DNA of 64,000 nucleotides. It comes from Mobula hypostoma (Eukaryota). The stretch is from assembly GCF_963921235.1 (NCBI RefSeq), contig NC_086097.1:218304001-218368000 (forward strand), read 5' to 3'. The notes under the pieces are model-generated. The model saw nothing but the letters and a program-made list of their open reading frames with translations. It had not been told where the DNA came from and ran no database searches. How positions within the stretch are numbered: position 1 is the stretch's first letter; every line of letters begins with the position of its first letter. Below are positions 25,569 to 39,371 of the stretch, one piece after another. The translations under genes and the position numbers were made by a program.

Positions 25569-28500
25569 CGCCTCTTCCTATAGATGCTGCTTGGCCTGCT
25601 GCGTTCACCAGCAACTTTGATGTATGTTGCAGGTATATTTAACTATCGGGTTACAAACCTGTTTGTGGCGTTTCAAATCGAAAGGAAGAGAGGAACCTAA
25701 AATAGAGCCAAGTTCATAACCTTGTGCAGATTGTAATTCCAATACTACCCATTTAGGAATGGATAGTGTACCTTGGTCAAGTAACCAAAATTTCATGTGT
25801 CGAATATTAATTGCCCAATAATAGAATCTAAAGTTAGGTAATGCCAAACCTCTATCTCTCTTAGCTTTCTGTAGATGTATTCTACCCAATCTCGGGTTTT
25901 TATTTTGCCAAATAAATGAAGAAATTTTAGAGTCAACTTTGTCAAAAAAGGATTTTGGAACAAAAATCGGTAGTGCCTGAAATACATATAAAAATTTTGG
26001 CAGAATAAACATCTCAACAGCATTAATACGACCAATCAAAGTTAAATAAAGTGGAGACCATTTACATGAAAGTTGAGTAATGTGATCAATTAAGGGTAGG
26101 AAATTAGTCTTAAATAAATCCTTATGTTTACAGGTAATTTTAATCCCAGATATGAAAAATGGTTATTAACCAATTTAAACGGGAGGTTCTGATATAAGGG
26201 AACTTGCTTATTAATTGGGAAAAGTTCACTCTGACTGAGATTTAACTTATAAACTGAAAAAAGACTAAATTGTGCTAATAAATCTAAAGCAGCAGAATAG
26301 TTTTCTGAGGAGTAGAAATATATAAAAGTAAGTCATCAGCATACAGTGATACTTCATGAGACTTTAAACCACGAGTTATGCCAATAATATTTGGAGATTC
26401 TCGAATAGCAATTGTAAGAGGTTGTAATGCAATATCAAATAATAAAGGACTAAGAGGACAACCTTGTCTAGTACCTCGAAAAAGAGGAAAAAAAGGTGAG
26501 TTTAAAGAGTTGGTACGAACTGAGGCCATAGGAGAATGATATAACAATTTGATCCAGGATATAAATTTCGGGCTGAAATTAAACATTTCAAGCACCTTAA
26601 ATAAGTAAGGCCATTCGACTCTGTCGAAGGCTTTTTCAGCGTCTAAGGAAATGACGCATTCAGGATCATTTTGTGACGGGGTGTAGACAATGTTTAACAG
26701 TGTACGAATATTATAAAAAGAATAACGACCTTTAATAAAACCCGTTTAGTCCTCCGAAATAATATAAGGAAGTGCTTTTTCTAATCTGTTTGCTGATAAT
26801 TTAGAAAAAATTTTAGAGTCAACATTTAATAAGGATACTGGTCTGTAAGATGCACATTGAGCAGGATCTTTATCCTTCTTTAATATTAAAGAAATTGATG
26901 CTCTATAAAAGTATTCGGGAAGTTTACCAAGTTTTAATGAGGCCTCCAGAACCCTGAATAACCAAGGGATTAATGAGGATGCAAAAAATTTATAAAATTC
27001 CGCGGTAAACCCATCAGGACCAGGAGCTTTCCCTGGGTTCATAGAAAAAATAACATTCTTAATCTCATTAGTGGTAAAGGAAGAGTCTAACATAGAAGAT
27101 ATATCATGTGAAATCTTAGGGAAATCTAGGTTATCTAAAAAGTCATACATATGTTTAGAGTCTCGTGGAGACTCTGATTGATATAAGAAGGAATAAAAGT
27201 CAAAAAAGGATTAATTAATCTCAGCTTGATCAAATATCAGTTGATCTTTTTGATTATAAATCTGATTAATTTGAAATTTAGTATAGTTAGTCTTCAACTG
27301 ATTAGCCAACAGTTTACCAACTTTGTCACTATGTATGTAAAATTCGCTTCTTGTTTTCATTAATTGATTTGCAATAGAGGACGAAAGTAATAAACTGTGT
27401 TCCATTTGAAGTTCAGTTCTTTGTTTATACAACTTCTCAGAGGGAGCTGTAGCATATTTCTTATCAATTTCCTTAATCTTGTCCACAATAACCAGCTCCT
27501 CCTCCTTCAACCTCTTCCTCAAAGCAGCAGAATACGAGATGATCTGACCACGAATATAAGCTTTAAAAGTATCCCAAAGGGTGTTCATGGATATATCCTC
27601 TGTACAGTTGATTGTAAAAAAGAGATCAATCTGTTCATACATAAAGTTAACAAAATCCAAGTCCTGATGCAACAGCGAATTAAAACACCATTGTCTATTA
27701 TTTTGTGTATTGGCCGATATTTTAATAGAAAGCTTAAGTGGAGCATCATCCGAAATGGTTATAGAGTCATATTCACATTTAACCACTGAAGAAATAAGAC
27801 GAGAGTCAATAAAAAAAATCAATTCTTGAATAGGAATGATGAACATGTGAAAAAAAAGAAAAATCTTTTTCCTGAGGATGCAAAAAACACCAAATTCCGT
27901 TGATCCGGAATCTGAGAGAAATGAATTAATCAAGGTTGCAGATTTATTGGGTAGAGTCCGTAAAGGAGCTGAACGGTCCAATAATGGGGATAAACAAGTA
28001 TTAAGGTCCCCGCCCCAGATTAGTGAAAACTCATTCAAATTCTGGAACAAATTAAATAATGATTTGTAAAATTCCGGACAGTCCATGTTGGGGGCATAGA
28101 CGTTAACCAAAACTACCTTTTTATTAAAGAGTAAACCACTAACCAATAGAAATCTACCATTCGGATCAGAAATAATATCATGTTGTACAAGAGTGATTGA
28201 GGGATCTACAAAAATAGAAACTCCTCGAATTTTAGCGTTGGAATTCGAATGGAAGTGTTTACCCTTTCAGAACTTAAAAAAATGTAGTCTGTCCCCCCTC
28301 CGCACATTGGTCTCTTGTAAAAATAGAATATGTGCGTTAAGTCTCCGGAATACCTTAAAGACTTTTTTCCTTTTTATTGGATGATTAAGACCGTTAGTAT
28401 TCCAAGAGACAAAATTAATAGTAGACTCCATGATCCCTAAAGTCAACCCTCAAATAAAGGTGGATTGACAATAGGTTCAACCCACGAACCCAGAAAGGGA

Positions 28501-29789
28501 AAAGAATAAACAAGGGATGACGGGAAAGAGAACGCGACCAATCGGTAATATAAGTAGCCCAAGAAGAAAGAAAAACTAAAAAGTGAAGCCCCCCCACCCC
28601 CCCAGCCCGTACCCCCAAAGCTAAATCTAAGATAGACCAGCCAGAAAGAAGCAAGCACTAGAACTACCTCCATGACTTCCGATAGACGCTCACTAAAAAA
28701 AGTGTATATATAAAAAGATCAGCTAAAGTTATAAAACAGTAAAGGAATAAAAAAAAGTACACCGATTAAAATGAAAATGATATAATACAAAGAAAAAACA
28801 GGTACATATAAAGAAAACCGTTAACCTACAACAGACCGTATACTTAAACAAGAAAATGAAATATTAGCATAGACTAGCCACGAAAACTACAAAAAGTACG
28901 TTTGAAAACTACAAAGTTTAAGGCCTCCAGGGATATACGTAAAATGACGCTGAGGGAATAGCCACCCAGAATCCCCAGGGAAGAAGAAAGGAATGACGCA
29001 GTTAAATACTATACATCTTTATTCCTTCTGCCAAAGTGCTTGACCATACACTCCCTACACTATATCCATGTGCCACTTCTTTGCCCATTCTCCTAATCAG
29101 TTTAAGTCCTTCTGCAGCCTCCCTACTTCCTCAACACTACCTGCCCCTCCACCTGCCCTCATATTGTCTACAAACTTGGACTCAAAGCCATCAATTCATT
29201 GACATGTAACGTGAAAAGAAGCTGTCCCAACATCAACCCCTGTGGAAAACCACTGGTCACTGCCATCCATCCAGAGAAGGCCCCCTTTATTCCCACTCTT
29301 TACCTCCTTCCAGTCATTCAATCTTCTATCCTTGATGGTATCTTTACTGTAATTCCATGGTCCTTTATTGTACTTAACCACCTTCCTGTGCAGCGCCATG
29401 TCCAGGGCCTTCTGAAAATTCAAGTAAACAACATCCACTAATTCTCCTTTGTCTACCCTACCTGTTACTTCCTCAAATCATGTACCTTGGTACATCTGAC
29501 AATTATAAACCAATGACCAATTTATGTACTTAATTTGAGGAAGGCAAATCAGAAAAAGAAATTCACAATAAGAGGTGGGCAACTGAGAAATTTAGTTTAC
29601 CAGAGGGACATCTGAGCACATGTTATAGAACCCCAAAGGCAACAGGGCAGATAAAGGTAGCACTCTTCGACTACATTTCTATCACCTTGTATTTTCCACT
29701 TCAGAACAGGGAGATCATGCTATGCTGTATAATACACTGGGGTAGAAAGGAGAGGAGTATTGTGTTCATTTTTTATAGAGTCACAGAGC

Positions 29790-30834
29790 CGTCCTAAGCT
29801 CGGGAAACTGGGCCTTAGCACTCAGATTTGCAGCTGGATCTTCAACTTCCTCACAAACAGGCCCCAGGATGTAAAAATAAGGGACAAGCTCTCCTCTACA
29901 ATCACTCTGAGCACCGGTACCCCACAAGGCTGTGTACTCAGCCCCCTGCTGTACTCACTGTACACCCATAATTGTGTAGCCAAGTTTCCATCGAACTCAA
30001 TATATAAATTTGCTGACGACACCAAAATTATAGGCTGTACCTTGGGTAATGATGAGTTTGAGTACAGAGAGGAAATTAAGAACCTGGTGGCATGATGCGA
30101 AGACAATAACCTATCCTTCAACGTCAGCAAGACGAAGGCAAGTGGAACAGGTCAGAAACTTTAAGTTCCTCGGGGTCAATATCACAATTGACCTGACTTG
30201 GTCCAACCAAGCAAAGTCCACTGCCAAGAAGGCCCACCAGCGCCTTTACTTCCTGAGAAAGCTAAAGAAATTTGGCCTGTCCCCTAAAACCCTCACTAAT
30301 TTTTATAGATGCACCGTGGAAAGCATTCTTCTGGGGTGCATCATAACCTGGTATGGAAGTTGTCCTGTCCAAGACCGGAAGAAGCTGCAGAAGATCATGA
30401 ACACAGCCCAGCACATCACACAAACCAATCTTCCGTCCTTGGACTCACTTTACACCGCACACTGTCGGAGCAGTGCTGCCAGGTAATCAAGGACACGACC
30501 CACCCAGCCAACACACTTTTCGTCTCTCTTCCCTCGGGGACAAGGCTCAGGAGCTTGAAGACTCATACGGCCAGATTTGGGAACATCTTCTTTCCAACTG
30601 TGATAAGACTGATGAACGAATCCTGACCCGGATCTGGGCCGTACCCTCCAAATATCCGGACCTGCCTCTCGGTTTTTTTGCACTACCTTACTTTCCCTTT
30701 TCTATTTTCTATTTATGATTTATAATTTAAATTTTTAATATTTACTATCGATTTGTACTCCAGGGAGTGTAAAGCACAGAATCAAATATCGCTGTGATGA
30801 TTGTACGGTCTAGTATCAATTGTTTGGCGACAAT

Positions 30835-30866
<32 letters not shown>

Positions 30867-30867
30867 T
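29790..30867 (+). mobile_element. Rex1/Babar-like LINE 3' part with (TAAAGTA)n tail
   Basis: [24 protein letters not shown] and FKFLGVNIT..KKAHQRLYFLRKL. Confidence 0.88.
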
Positions 30868-31339
30868 CCTTCAGCCCACTGCATCTATGCCAACAATTTT
30901 GTACATCGATACTCATCCCACCTGCCCATGCTCTGCCTATTCAAGTACCTGTCTGGCTGCCTCTTAGATGTTGTTCATCATCTCCTCTTGCAGATCATCC
31001 CAGATACCAACTACTCCATGTAAGAAAAGATCATCACTCACATTTCCTTTAAACCTCCCCCCTCTAGCCTTAAGTTTCAGAAACCCACCACAATGGGACA
31101 GAGATGCTGGCTATAACTACGAAATAAAGATGCTTGGCTGTGAATCAATAAAAATCTTTTCATTCAAAGAGTCTGAGGTAGAGAACTCATTCTTAATAAA
31201 GATCATAGGAAGAGAAACTCTGATAGCAATTACAATGTCCGATCCCCTTCTATACCTTACAATTTGATCACACAATGACAGAACACATCTGTCTCCTGTA
31301 TTTGCTCTGTGAAAACATTCCTCAAAATCACCTTCATTA

Positions 31340-31880
31340 ACTGCAACTGTTGAGGCTGAAAGGATGTAATGTGTCTAACTGAAAGATGAGGTACTGGTTT
31401 TTATGTGCTTACAACTGGCTTTCAATCCAACTGCTTTGGAGGCCAAGGACAGATACATTAGAATGGAGAAAAGCACTAGGTGAGTGCAGGCCCATACTTC
31501 AAACTGAATAGGGCAAACTGCAAATCAATCATCCAGTGTCTTGGTTTCCCTGATGTAGAGAACATTGCACGGTGAACAGCACGTATAGTATAATATTGAA
31601 AGAAATTCTGTTTCACTGGAAGGAATATATGGAGCAATGGAAAATGAAGGGAAAGTGTTGTAAAGTGTTTCATCTTCAGCGCTTGGAAGGGAAGGTGCTA
31701 TTGAAAGCAGAGTGGAAATAAACTGAAGATTATATCTGAGTATCCAGGTGGGATTGTTTACCCAGGCGAGGAAAATATGTTCAGTAATGCGAATCATACT
31801 GAGGTGGTGGAATTTCTGGAGACTCATCCCTTGAATGATTGAATGTGAGAGCTTCTAGGGTAAAGGGTGATGAAATAGAC
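31340..31880 (-). mobile_element. Highly decayed PLE coding fragment (GIY-YIG region)
   Basis: Translation LYYTCCSPCNVLYIRETKTLDD resembles IYCVRCSRCGLLYIGETRRRLGD of the young PLE. Confidence 0.55.
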
Positions 31881-31884
31881 CCAG

Positions 31885-32335
31885 AGTGTTTAAGGAGAGT
31901 GGGGAGCACATTTACGAAGGGTGCTGCCATGGGAAAGCTGCATCCATCATTAATGGTTCCCACCATAAAGGCCATGTTCTCATCTACCACCTTTGGGTAG
32001 AAGGTACAAGGAGTCTTAGAACTCACACCACCAGGTTCAGGAAGCTAATACCCTACAACCAAGAGGCCGTTGAACCAACGTGGGTAACTTAACTCACCTC
32101 AACTCTGAACTGATTCCACATACTCACTTTCAAGGACTATACAACTCATGTTCTCAGTATTATTTATATTTGCACAATTTGTCCTCTTTTGCACATTGTT
32201 TTGTTTATTCATGTTTAGTTTTTCACAAATTCTATTTTATTTCTTTTTTTTCTGTAAACGCTTGCAAGAAATGAATCTTAAGATATTGTATGGTGACATT
32301 ATCATACCTTGACAATTAATTTACTTTAACTTTGG
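31885..32335 (+). mobile_element. Rex1-like 3' end
   Basis: KAASIINGSHHKGH..RSLRTHTTRF, with a 3' UTR ending in TTTACTTTAACTTTG. Confidence 0.65.
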
Positions 32336-32892
32336 AATGAAAGGGGAGGGGAGTAAAGAAATGCGATAGAATAAAGTCACAGGAAGGGAGGTATGATCAA
32401 ATTGTGAATGCCCGTTGATTATAGCAGATATTGATTAACAACATTTCCAACAAAAGGCCCTTTGGTCAAGGGAAGGAAAGGGGATGGGAAAAAGAGGTAG
32501 CAATTGTAGACAAAGGTTGATATTGTTCAACTGATTTTGTTTCAAATTTTCAGTCTTTGCAGTTTTTTGTCTTTACTACATAAACATATCTCTATTAATG
32601 CAATTTTATGTAACAGAACTGTACTAGTATGCAAAATGTACAGAGCAGAATTTTTAAGACACTACGATTTCTTACTGTACACTCCCAGCAGATGTCACAC
32701 TATCTGCTGCAAGCACTGGACCATTAACCAGACACTTACATCCAATCAGCAAATGTGACCCAAATGAGTCAGAAGGGAGAATAGCACATGTTACCTAGAG
32801 AGCCAGAAGGTAAACTTTCAAGATTTACCATTAGTTAATTAATAGACTGTCAGAATTATATATATTATGTTTCAAAGACAATCAAAAGTCCC

Positions 32893-33270
32893 TCTTTATA
32901 CTTTATTGTCGCCAAACAATTGATACTTGAATGTACAATCATCACAGTGATATTTGATTCTGCGCTTCCCACTCCCTGGATTACAAATCGATAGTAAATA
33001 TTAAAAATTTAAATTATAAATCATAAATAGAAAATAGAAAAATGGAAAGTAAGGTAGTACAAAAAAAAAACCCAGAGGCAGGTCTGGATATTTGGAGGGT
33101 ACGGCCCAGATCTGGGTCAGGATCCATTCAGCAGTCTTACCACAGTTGGAAAGAAGCTGTTCCCAAATCTGGCCATACAAGTCTTCAAGCTCCTGAGCCT
33201 TCTCCCGGAGAGAAGAGGGATGAAAAGTGTGTTGGCTGGGTGGGTCGGGTCCTTGATTATCCTGGCAGCA
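32893..33270 (-). mobile_element. Rex1-like 3' end, same subfamily as 30480-30845
   Basis: Close reverse-complement match; IIKDPTHPANTLFIPLLSGRRLRSLKT. Confidence 0.88.
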
Positions 33271-33354
33271 GGATAAAAGAGAACGGTATAGATTTTCAAC
33301 CTGGATCTTCGGAAAATGAAAAAAATTAATTTGAAACACTGTCGTGGTGAAGCT

Positions 33355-34634
33355 TTCTTTCTTTTAAAATCTTTTTATTAATTTTCCAAAATTATAAACA
33401 GAGTAGCAATATTGATACAGAGAAAGTGGAATTATCTTATTGTTGATAAACATGTACAAAAAAGACTTCAAATAATACAGGTGTAATAGACTTCCAAACT
33501 CTTAATATAGTTAATCATAAAGAAAAAAGAAATAAAAAGAAAGAAAAATGCAAAGAAACCCCCCCCACCAAAAAAACAAAAAAATAAAACTAAATACTAA
33601 ACCCAAAGAGAAAGCAAACGGAACAAAACAAGGCTAGACCAATATCTTAAATCGATTACATTCAATAATGTCATCAACTCCACTCCTCTATTCATATATT
33701 TTAAATTAATAAAAGGATTCGGAAAAGGTCAAGTTACATCATATGGAAATGTTGAATAAATGTCTTCCAAGTCTCTTCAAATTTAACCGAAGGATCAAAA
33801 ATGACACTTCTAATTTTTTCTAAATTTAAACATGATATAGTTTGAGAAAACCATTGAAATGTAATAGGAGGGTTGGTCTCCTTCCAATTCAATAAAATAC
33901 ATCTTCTGGCCATTAAAGTAACAAATCCGATCATCTGACAGGCTGAAGAGGATAAAGATCTATGTTCCATCATTGGCAAACCAAAAATTGCTGTAATAGG
34001 ATGGGATTGTAAATCAAAACACAAAACTATTGAAATAATATCAAAAATATCTTTACAGAATTTTTCCAAAATAGGGCAGGACCAGAACATATGAGTCAAG
34101 GAAGCCATCTCAGAGTGACACCTGTCACAAATAGGGTTTACATGGGAATAAAAACAGGCTAGTTTATCTTTAAACTTATGGGCCCTATGCACTACTTTAA
34201 ATTGTATTAGCGTATGTTTGGCACATATAGAGGAAGAGCTAACTAATTGAAAAATTTTATCCCATTTCTCTATAGGTAGGCAAAGTTCAAGTTCCCTTTC
34301 CCATTCATTTTTAATTTTATCAGATATACCTGGCTGTAATTTCATAATTATATCATAAATAGTTGCTATTAATCCCTTCTGAAAGGGATTTAAACCTAAA
34401 ATTTTATAGATGATATCAGTAGGGTGTGAAATCAGGAAGGTAGGCAGTGTGGTATTTAAAAAGTTTATTTGTAAATATCTAAAAAAATGGGATCTGGGCA
34501 AATTATATTTATTAGATAACTGTTCAAAAGACATGAAATGGTTATTCAGAAATAAGTCACGGAAACATGTTATACATTTCATTTCCATATCAAAAAGGCT
34601 TGATCCATAACCAAAGGTTGAAAAAAAAATCTAA
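33355..34634 (-). mobile_element. L1 3' fragment
   Basis: ORF homologous to 23270-24097. TSD TCRTGGTGAAGCT at 33342-33354 and 34635-34647 (one CpG change). Confidence 0.9.
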
Positions 34635-34889
34635 TCATGGTGAAGCTAATATTGATTTCTCCTCATAAAGGCTTTGTCTAAGTCAGTGATTAAAATCTAT
34701 TATTAGAAGACCGCAGGATCTTTAATGGAAGGTGATAAACCAAACAGCAAAAAATTAACAATAAAATAGTCTTAGCTCTTCTGCTGATGCTTACATAAAT
34801 CTGAAACATTACAGTTAAATAGGTATATTTGCATACAATACGTCACGACAGAAAACAGAGTCAATGTGGAAGTTATATTAGGATTGCTC

Positions 34890-36030
34890 ATTATTTGTGG
34901 GGTAGAGAAGGGGAACACTTTGCATCTAGTGATCATAATGCCATCAGTTTCAAGGTAATTATGGAAAAGGATAGGTCTGGTCAGGCTGAAATTATAAATC
35001 AGAGAAAGATTCTGGTAAGAGCGGATTGAGATATGATGCTTTCTGGCAAAGAAGTATTTGGTAAATGGGAGTGCATCAAAAGTGAAATTTCCTGGCAGAA
35101 TAAAAGGCAAGGATACAGTTTTATGAAACCTTGGTTTTCGAGAGATATTGTGGCCCTGGTTATGGAAAAGGAGGAGGCCCACAGCAGGTATAGGAAGGCA
35201 GGAACAAATGGGGTATCGAGGAGTACAAGAAATGCAAGAGAACATTTAAGGAGGAGATCAAGAAGGCTAAAAGAAGACATGAATGAGGTTGCTCTAGCAG
35301 ACAAGGTAAAGGAGAATCCTAAGGGTCTCTACAGATATATTAAGAGCAAAAGGATAGCAAAGGACACAATTTGTCCTCTGGAAGATCAGGGTGGTAATCT
35401 ATGGAAAGAGATTGGGGGGGGGGGGAGACACATCTTAAATTAATTTTTCCGACTGCACTTTATTTTACTAGGAAGACGGACACAGTCTATGGATGCAAGG
35501 CATTGCAGCAGCGAAGCCATGGACTCTACAGATTATAGAGAAGAAGATGTTTGCTGTCTTGAGGCAAATTAGGGGGGATGATAGCCAATTTTCTTCAATT
35601 GTTTAAGAAAGGCTCTAAGAATAAGCCAGGAAAGTTATTGGGAGGTATTCTAATGGACTGAGTATACAAAGATTTGGATAGACAGGGACTGGTTGGGGAT
35701 AGTTAACATGGCTTTGCGTGTCATAAGTCATGACTAACCAATCTTAGAGTTCTTCAAGGAAGTTACCAGGAAAGCTATAGACAAGGCAGTGGGTGTTGTC
35801 TACATGGACTTTAGCAAGGCCCACATGGGAGGTTGATCAAGAAGGTTCAATCATTTGGCATTCAAGGTGAGGTAGTAAATTGGATTAGACATTGGCTTCA
35901 AGGAAGAAGCCAGAAAGAGGTGGTAGATAGTTGCCTCTCTGACCGGAGGCCTGTGCCTAGTGTTATGCCACAGGGATCGGTGCTGGGTCCATTATTGTTT
36001 GTCATCTGTATCAACAAGCAGGATGATAAA
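34890..36030 (+). mobile_element. Decayed CR1 ORF2 fragment
   Basis: SSDHNAISF, KVKENPKGLYRYIKSKR and PQGSVLGPLLF. Confidence 0.82.
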
Positions 36031-36134
36031 CAACCCAGAGATTCATTTTCTTGTCTGCATACTCTGTCAACCTATAGAATAATAATCATAACAGATGGGA
36101 CAAGTTAAGTTTGGTGAAGTTATCCGCTTTCATT

Positions 36135-36875
36135 CAATAGCCTTATGTTCCTGAAACTGGTGGAGAGTCTTCAGGCTCCTGAAACTTCTTTCTGATGGCA
36201 GCAGTGAGAAGAGAGCATGGCCTGGAAGGTGGGGGTCCCTGATGATGGATGCTGCTTTCCTGGGACAGTGTTTCACGTAGTTGTGCTCATTGTTGGGTAT
36301 GTAACTGCCACTTTCTGTTTGGAGTTTCCATACCAGGCTGTGATGCGGCCATTCAATATACTCCCCCACCACACATCTATAGAAATCTGTCAAAGTTTTA
36401 GATGCCATGCTGAATCTCCACAAACTCCTGAGGAAATAGAGATGCTGCTGTGCGTTCTTCATAATTGAACTTGTCTGCTGGGCTCAGGACAGGTCCTCGA
36501 TATAATAACACTGAGGAATTTAAAGTCACTATTCTCCAATAAACCAGTAAATTGGGCACGCAGCATTCCACACCACCGATGTCCAACAGGGTCCTGCAGT
36601 CACAAGAAAAGTGACGAAGACTATCACTCGCCGTTAGAATGCACACCACCTTCGTGCACCAATACCTCTCAGTCGCAAGCAACATCACGGTCTGCACCAG
36701 CTCCAGCTCCTTCCGCTTCTCTGTTTCTCTGCCAACGAGCAACTCGCTGATGGGGTAGACTGCAGTACTTGAAGTTCTTAATGTACAACAGGGTCTTGTA
36801 GTCATAGCAAATATGTTTTAAAAAAAGACTATAACACCTTTCATTGACTCCATAGAAGCTGGCCATCTTACTGGA
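36135..36875 (-). mobile_element. Rex1-like 3' fragment abutting a putative CpG-rich LINE 5' end
   Basis: 36135-36530 encodes AQQHLYFLRSL..KAASIIRDPHLPGHALFSLLPS. 36540-36875 starts AAGATGGCC (minus) and is CpG-richer. Confidence 0.6.
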
Positions 36876-37004
36876 AGTTTGGAAGTCACCGATTGTTTTG
36901 CAATTGGTTGGTGGCTTCTTGGTTTGCTGCAATTTTACAGCCATTTGTTTCCTTACACAAAAACACCCAGCCACTTTTCTTGGCGTAACACAGCTGAATA
37001 AAAG

Positions 37005-38435
37005 CCTTGCTTTTTAAAAAACAGAGGGAGAGAGAAACCGGGGAATTATAGACCGGTTAGCCTGACATCGGTGGTGGGGAAAATGCTAGACTCAGTTATC
37101 AAAGATGTGATAACAGCACATTTGGAAAGCAGTGAAAGCGGACAAAGTCAGCATGGATTTGTGAACGAAAAATCATGTCTGACGAATCTCATAGAATTCT
37201 TTGAGGATGTAACTAGTAGAGTGGATAGGAGAGAACCAGTGGATGTGGTATATTTGGATTTTCAAAAGGTTTTTGACAAGGTCCCACACAGGAGATTAGT
37301 GTGCAAACTTGAAGCACAGGGTATTGGAGGTATGGTATTGATGTGGATAAAGAATTGGTTGGCAGACAGGAAGCAAAGAGTGGGAATAAACGGGACCTTT
37401 TCAGAATGGCAGGCAGTGACTAGTGGGGTACCGCAAGGCTCAGTGCTGGGACCCCAGTTGTTTACAATATATATTAATGACTTGGATGAGGGAATTAAAT
37501 GCAGCATCTCCAAGCTTGCGGATGACACGAAGCTGGGCGGCAGTGTTAGCTGTGAGGAGGATGCTAAGAGGATGCAGGGTGACTTGGATAGGTCAGGTGA
37601 GTGGGCAAATTCATGGCAGATGCAATTTAATGTGGATAAATGTGAGGTTATCCACTTTGGTGGCAAGAACAGGAAAACAGATTATCTGAATGGTGGCCGA
37701 TTAGGAAAAGGGGAGGTGCAATGAGACCTGGGTGTCATTGTACACCAGCCATTGAAAGTGGGCATGCAGGTACAGCAGGCGGTGAAAAAGGCAAATGGTA
37801 TGTTGGCATTCATAGCAAAAAGATTCGAGTACAGGAGCAGGGAGGTTCTACTGCAGTTGTACAAGGCCTTGGTGAGACCACACCTGGAGTATTGTGTGCA
37901 GTTTTGGTCCCCCAATCTGAGGAAAGACATTCTTGCCATAGAGGGAGTTCAAAGAAGGTTCACCAGATTGATTCCTGGGATGGCAGGACTTTCATGTGAA
38001 GAAAGACTGGATCAACTAGGCTTATACTCACTGGAATTTAGAAGATTGAGGGGGGATCTTATTGAAACGTAAAAAATTCTAAAGGGATTGGACAGGCTAG
38101 ATGCAGGAAGATTGTTCCTGATGTTGGGGAAGTCCAGAACGAGGGGTCACAGTTTGAGGATAAAGGGAAAGCCTTTTAGGACCGAGATGAGGAAAAACTT
38201 CTTCTCACAAAGAGTGGTGAATCTGTGGAATTCTCTGCCACAGGAAACAGTTGCGGCCAGTTCATTGGCTATACTTAAGAGGGAGTTAGATATGGCCCTT
38301 GTGGCTAAAGGGATCAGGGGGTATGGAGAGAAGGCAGGTACAGGGTTGGATGATCAGCCATGATCATACTGAATGGCGGTGCAGGCTCGAAGGGCCGAAT
38401 GGCCTACTCCTGCATCTATTTTCTATGTTTCTATG
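37005..38435 (+). mobile_element. Young 5'-truncated CR1 LINE (RT plus 3' end)
   Basis: Near-intact RT (YLDFQKVFDKVPH, GVPQGSVLGP, ADDTK) with few stops. Tail (TTTCTATG)2. Confidence 0.93.
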
Positions 38436-39371
38436 AAAAGGGGAACCCATTGCTTTGCAGGAGAATTGAGTGATTATCAGGCACTGGGTTAGATCAGAGA
38501 TATTAGCAGAGCCTTTAATCCAAATTATGGATAATTTACCAACCACCTGAAAATAGAACTTAAAATCCTTTATTCTTTTAAATCTGATCTCTGGATCTTT
38601 TACTTCTCCATAAATGCAGTAGTAAAATATTCGGTTTACTTGTAGGCTTCTATAATGACATGCCAATGTTCATACTTTTTGTACACTTGTTTTTGGGGTT
38701 TAATCTCTCATCTAGGAAGCATATTAACTTCTTTTCAAAAAGGTCTGTATATATATTACAGACTTAATTAAAGCTATAAAGCAACCACAGAGAATTTTTC
38801 ACACATATGCGTGACAGCTCAACATTATTAATTATGCCAGAGGATGTTTTTATCTTATTGTCACCTGAACTAAATTGAACATTGAAATTTCAAATATATT
38901 TAGGTAGTTATTTTTCTGTTCACCAATTATGTGTAAAATCCTCAAGAGAAAATGTGAATCTTTCTGCCACTGTAACAAATAAAGTTCACTATTGAAGTGT
39001 GCTGCATTTTTCTTTTCCAATTTTTCAAGTCATGATCCAAATATTTAAAGAGGATTGATGAACAGTATAACAAGTTACCAGAGGCACTAGACAGCGAACT
39101 GAAGAAGCTTACAATAAACAGCTATTCACAAAGGACACCTCAACTTAGACCATAAGACCATAAGATATAGGAGCAGAATTAGGCTATTCTGCCCATTGAG
39201 TCTGTTCTGCCATTTCATCATGGCTGATTCCGAATCCATCTCACCATATCCCTTGATGTCTCCATCAATCAGAAATCTATCAGCTTCTGTTTTAAATATA
39301 CCCTTGGACTTGGCCTCCACCACAGTCTGTTGCAGAGATTCACCCCTCTTTGGTTAAAAAAATTAACTCTT

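Larger units (their letters stand above)
24255..25630. mobile_element. Penelope-like element, inverted (palindromic) insertion of GIY-YIG endonuclease C-terminus plus pLTR with hammerhead
   Basis: Arms about 24292-24944 and 24977-25630 are near-perfect reverse complements around a 32-nt spacer. Encodes VIYCVRCSRCGLLYIGETRRRLGDRFAEH...HFN (GIY-YIG). 14-bp TSD AGGTATATTTAACT at 24241-24254 and 25631-25644, interrupting L1 ORF2. Confidence 0.93.
22877..29003 (-). mobile_element. L1-clade LINE, 5'-truncated, full-length but disrupted ORF2 (28431-23270)
   Basis: ORF2 starts MESTINFVSWNTNGLNHPIKRK (APE), then NVYAPN, GGDLN, GKAPGPDGF, RGTRQGCPLSPLLF, YADD and CDRC..H.FWSC. (GAAA)n tail. 17-bp TSD AAATACTATACATCTTT at 22860-22876 and 29004-29020. 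Confidence 0.93.
22120..29478 (-). mobile_element. CR1 LINE (22120-22876 and 29004-29478) split by the L1 insertion
   Basis: 3' end and FFIQRVVNQW on the left, MDVVYLNFQKA on the right. Continuous across the TSD. Confidence 0.85.

Noticed and set aside
24308..25614. Mirror-image ORFs on both strands (193, 142, 130 and 86 aa) as novel genes
   Set aside because: They result from the palindrome. Only the GIY-YIG segment is true coding sequence, and it lacks its RT and start.
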